Of a stretch of DNA of 64,000 nt, positions 60,774 through 64,000 are shown in pieces. Made by a program: the position numbers and the translations under genes. A model generated the notes under the pieces. The model did not search any database. It saw only the letters and a list, made by a program, of their open reading frames with translations, and had not been told where the DNA came from. The first letter of the stretch is position 1. Each line of letters opens with the position of its first letter. Source of the DNA: an uncultured Gammaproteobacteria bacterium (lineage in GTDB: Bacteria; Patescibacteriota; Patescibacteriia; Veblenbacterales; UBA10138); the NCBI GenBank assembly GCA_964348825.1, contig CAYGDX010000002.1, forward strand, positions 195,013-259,012, read 5' to 3'.

Positions 60774-62456
60774 TTATCTATCTTTAAATCCATTTTCTCT
60801 TGTCAAATACAAGCCACAATTCAATAATTTGGTCATATTACCAGAATCGTCATATGGATTTAAAAGTTGATTTTCTGTTATATCTGCAAATTTTAAATCA
60901 TCTGGTTTGTCGCTATTACTTTGAATTATAGGTTTAACATTTTGACTACCACAAGTTGAGGCGTCAATAGCATACCAATCATCTGCCCCCTTACCTTCTA
61001 CCTCAACCTTTAACATCATACCCTTAAAACCAGTACTACAATAACTGGGTTTAAATTCTTCACCAACACCAACTCCTTGGCCACGATAACAACCACCTAT
61101 TGTATAGCTACCCTTACCTTCTACATCCAAATTTTGTCCTTTACCAGAAATTCCCGGACTAGACAGATAACAATGTGATGTACTATAAGAACCATCATTA
61201 CAAATATAACTCATAGCCACATAATTAACTTCTACCCCGCCAATCTTCCCTTGTGCTAAGAACTTCTTACATTCATACCCCGAACCTTCTTCTTTGGGGA
61301 AACAACCACCATTACCGCTCATACATTCCTGACCAACACACTGGGTGCCATTTAACACTAAATTAACACCACAAGTATCTTCAGTTGGCCTAGCTGTATT
61401 AGGAGAATAAAGTGTTGTTTGTATTGAGGCCCCATCTTTCTCCTCCCACCAACCAGCTTCATAATTTCTCTTATCTTGTTCATAAGTTGGACAAAGTGCG
61501 CCGTAAGATACTGGTTTAACTTTTTCCATTAATAATAAATTATTCTCTACTAACTTTGGATTTAATAAATTAAGTAAGGTATAAGAAATTAAAGCCAGTA
61601 CCAAACCAATTATCGCTCCAAAAATGGCGTCATTAGAATCACTAATTCTTTCCTCATTGCCAGCGGCGATTATTCTTTTAAAACCACCCCACATTACCAT
61701 TACTACTGCTGATACTGCTAACATTCCTATAAAAAATTTAGCAAATTGTTGGATATAACCTGGGAAGCCATTTTTAATAGCCGGCTGACATTTGCCTAAT
61801 TTCTGATCAGTACAAATATTTTCATCACTACTACAATCAACTGAATTACCGTTATTATCTAATTCAACACAAGCCTTGGTTGTTACGCCAGGAATACCAA
61901 TTTGTAGTGGCACCGTTGGTGCTATTGCAAAACATCGGGCTGTTTTATATGTTCCAATATCTTCACAAACTTCCAAACTCCATTCATCTTCTAATCCATT
62001 ATTTTTTAATTTATAAGCCTCACTTCTGCCCCACATACCCGAACCATTTTCACAAGGTTTTTGCAACCAACATCTTTCTTGCATCAAAATTGCCAGATTG
62101 TTTGGTTTTTGATTTTTTTCATATTCTAAATTTCTTTTTGTTTCATCAGCTGGAACTGTATTAAAACCACCTGAGGTACCAGTTACATTACCACATTGAT
62201 ATTCTACCTGAGTGGTAGATTGATTAACTTTTGAACAACAAACTTTTCCATTAACCTCTGGTAAGGCACAATTACAACTAACTTGGCTATTATTATATCC
62301 ACATTTATCAGAAAAACAAGCGCTTTGTGTGGCAGTAAAACCATCACCAATCGCCTGACAAGCACTATCATATTCAGCGGCTAAAACATTTTGTGGTAAA
62401 ACAAAAATTATAATCAAAATTATTTTAACTAAAAAAAGTGCGGCGATTTTACTCAT
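60774..62456 (-). CDS. Secreted Cys-rich protein, paralog 2 (560 aa): signal peptide, Cys-rich domain, conserved two-helix membrane hairpin, second Cys-rich domain
   Basis: Hairpin FAKFFIGMLAVSAVVMVMWGGFKRIIAAGNEERISDSNDAIFGAIIGLVLALISYTLLNLLNPKL preceded by the conserved GIPGVT...GFPGYIQ block. Confidence 0.65.
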   Translation of the reverse strand: MSKIAALFLVKIILIIIFVLPQNVLAAEYDSACQAIGDGFTATQSACFSDKCGYNNSQVSCNCALPEVNGKVCCSKVNQSTTQVEYQCGNVTGTSGGFNTVPADETKRNLEYEKNQKPNNLAILMQERCWLQKPCENGSGMWGRSEAYKLKNNGLEDEWSLEVCEDIGTYKTARCFAIAPTVPLQIGIPGVTTKACVELDNNGNSVDCSSDENICTDQKLGKCQPAIKNGFPGYIQQFAKFFIGMLAVSAVVMVMWGGFKRIIAAGNEERISDSNDAIFGAIIGLVLALISYTLLNLLNPKLVENNLLLMEKVKPVSYGALCPTYEQDKRNYEAGWWEEKDGASIQTTLYSPNTARPTEDTCGVNLVLNGTQCVGQECMSGNGGCFPKEEGSGYECKKFLAQGKIGGVEVNYVAMSYICNDGSYSTSHCYLSSPGISGKGQNLDVEGKGSYTIGGCYRGQGVGVGEEFKPSYCSTGFKGMMLKVEVEGKGADDWYAIDASTCGSQNVKPIIQSNSDKPDDLKFADITENQLLNPYDDSGNMTKLLNCGLYLTRENGFKDR

Positions 62457-62465
62457 AATAAAAAA

Positions 62466-64000
62466 TTATAAATCCAAATCTGGTTCACACGACCAACGTT
62501 GATTTAAATTCCATTCGGCCCGACAGCCCATTTTACATAAATCGTAATAACAAAAGGGGAATTCTAATCCTGCCAACTCGCCATCTACATCCTCAAAATC
62601 ACCACAATCATTTGGAGCGGTAAAAGTTTTGTCACCAAAAGTACCACCCTGACAAACAGTATTTTTAAGTGTATTTGACATATAAACACACCTATCATCA
62701 TCTGACAATAGTCCGCCACTTGTACTAGCAACTGCTAATGCGGCGCTACCTGCAACCGTACCTCCATACCCAAGAGGAAAACTAACTACCAAAGCTGGTA
62801 TTATACCTATACCACCAGAAGCGACAGTTATTATAGCGGTGCTTAAACCCACACCTAAAATTGTTACTGCCGTACCAAAATTACTGGTTTCCATCCATAA
62901 ACACTGACCATTTTTGTCACTATAATTAGCGCAAGCTGAAGTAAAAATGTCATGACTATCACTAGCACTACCATGTATACCCTTAACATTGTCATCAGTT
63001 ATATTAGCGCAAGCTGCCCATGAGTTGGTACATTTATATTCAACATTGCCCGCACTATAATTAACTGGGTAACATCCAGCACCTTCGGGAAATCCTAAGG
63101 TCGGTGAGCAACTTGCCCCCTTACAACTTTTACCATCAAAATTATTCCATTCGCCGCAAGAAATATGTTTACTTGGATCATTTGGTAATGGGTCAGGACA
63201 CCAATCACCCAAACTTTGCGTTCTTACTCTATCTATTTGCACACCTGAATTTTCAATTAATTTTGGATTTATTAAATTAAGTAAAGTATAAGAAATTAAA
63301 GCGAGTACTAAACCAATTATAGCTCCAAAAATTGCTTCATTTGAATCACTAATTCTTTCCGCATTACCCGCCGCAATAATTCTTTTAAAACCACCCCACA
63401 TTACCATTACTACTGCTGATACTGCTAACATTCCTATAAAAAACTTAGCGAATTTTTGTATGTAACCTGGAAAACCGTCATTAATGGCTGATTTGCAAGT
63501 ACCTAATTGTTTATTAACACAGTCCTCATCTGTGTTACAAGACTCTGCCTTACCACTATAATTATATTGCGAACAAACTTTTTCAGTTACTCCGGGGATG
63601 CCAATTTGCAAAGCAATTGGTTGTGTGGCAATCAGGCATCTCCTAGTTTCTACCCCACCTTCTCCACCCAATGGCTTACAATCTGGAGAATCTTCTTTAC
63701 TAGCCCATTTACCCCTTTGATCATTTTCACAAGCTGTTTGTGTCCAACATTTATCAAATTGTAAAAGAGATGGATCAATAGCTTCGGGATCAGAATTTCC
63801 ACAACTATTATCAGCAAAATATTGACATTTTTTTTCCCATGCATCTTCCCTAATTTTACCCCTTGCATTCTGGTTATCACACTCACTCTTTGTTATATTC
63901 TCCTGACAAGCAGGTGCAGTAAATAAACGATCATCAAAACACCTACACGATCCTGCCCAAGTAGTATTCACAATTAAAAAATTTAATAAAACAAAAACTA
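62466..64000 (-). CDS. Secreted Cys-rich protein, paralog 3; partial, with the 5' end beyond the window
   Basis: Same hairpin FAKFFIGMLAVSAVVMVMWGGFKRIIAAGNAERISDSNEAIFGAIIGLVLALISYTLLNLINPKL. The reading frame stays open to the window edge and encodes a signal-peptide-like VFVLLNFLIVNTTWAG upstream of the GTG at 63971. Confidence 0.6.
   Translation of the reverse strand, partial: VFVLLNFLIVNTTWAGSCRCFDDRLFTAPACQENITKSECDNQNARGKIREDAWEKKCQYFADNSCGNSDPEAIDPSLLQFDKCWTQTACENDQRGKWASKEDSPDCKPLGGEGGVETRRCLIATQPIALQIGIPGVTEKVCSQYNYSGKAESCNTDEDCVNKQLGTCKSAINDGFPGYIQKFAKFFIGMLAVSAVVMVMWGGFKRIIAAGNAERISDSNEAIFGAIIGLVLALISYTLLNLINPKLIENSGVQIDRVRTQSLGDWCPDPLPNDPSKHISCGEWNNFDGKSCKGASCSPTLGFPEGAGCYPVNYSAGNVEYKCTNSWAACANITDDNVKGIHGSASDSHDIFTSACANYSDKNGQCLWMETSNFGTAVTILGVGLSTAIITVASGGIGIIPALVVSFPLGYGGTVAGSAALAVASTSGGLLSDDDRCVYMSNTLKNTVCQGGTFGDKTFTAPNDCGDFEDVDGELAGLEFPFCYYDLCKMGCRAEWNLNQRWSCEPDLDL

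Overview
This is an AT-rich window with tightly packed genes, many small proteins, Lys-rich N-terminal extensions and no de novo nucleotide synthesis genes in view. That is consistent with a reduced, CPR/Patescibacteria-like bacterial genome. The housekeeping backbone is as follows.

- tsaD and tsaE, then tRNA-Ile
- deoxyhypusine-synthase-like gene, rpoD, dnaG, a RidA-family gene and a peptidase S51 gene
- ppsA
- groES-groEL preceded by a perfect CIRCE operator
- a DNA-repair neighbourhood: uvrA, uvrC, pcrA/uvrD, recG, radA
- secG, a family-5 solute-binding protein, RNase J, trpS, an amidase, murI, a phosphohexomutase
- glyA-folD and a riboflavin kinase domain gene
- four tRNAs: Ile-GAU, Ser-GGA, Leu-CAG, Arg-GCG

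Four stretches are not ordinary.

1. **Cassette array at tRNA-Ser (7779-11114).** Four single-gene cassettes encode an unknown protein, a GNAT, a NUDIX hydrolase and a nucleotidyltransferase. They are separated by near-identical ~183-bp repeats. Each repeat carries degenerate copies of the tRNA-Ser 3' end. No integrase is visible.

2. **YerC/TrpR-family regulator with palindromic operators (40291-47677).** Three near-identical operator palindromes with a GTGTTAACAC core bracket a nine-gene cluster. The cluster encodes a phosphoribosyltransferase-like protein, two HAD phosphatases, an APH-like kinase, a LOG/TIGR00725 protein and several unknowns. This may be a nucleotide salvage or modification regulon.

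3. **Secreted Cys-rich paralogs (57130-64000).** Three tandem proteins share a two-helix membrane hairpin that is conserved even at the DNA level. One carries a C-terminal M15 (VanY-like) peptidoglycan peptidase domain. A DsbA-like oxidoreductase and a membrane-anchored TolB-like beta-propeller sit between them.

4. **Repeat families.** There is a ~160-bp GC-rich structured element in four copies, with compensatory base changes in its stems. There are also heptamer-based elements (TCGGATT, TTAGAAT, TTGACCT) in many intergenic spacers. Several of these sit in-frame inside coding genes: the PcrA helicase, an O-antigen-ligase-like protein and a membrane protein C-terminus.

No rRNA genes or CRISPR arrays are in the window.
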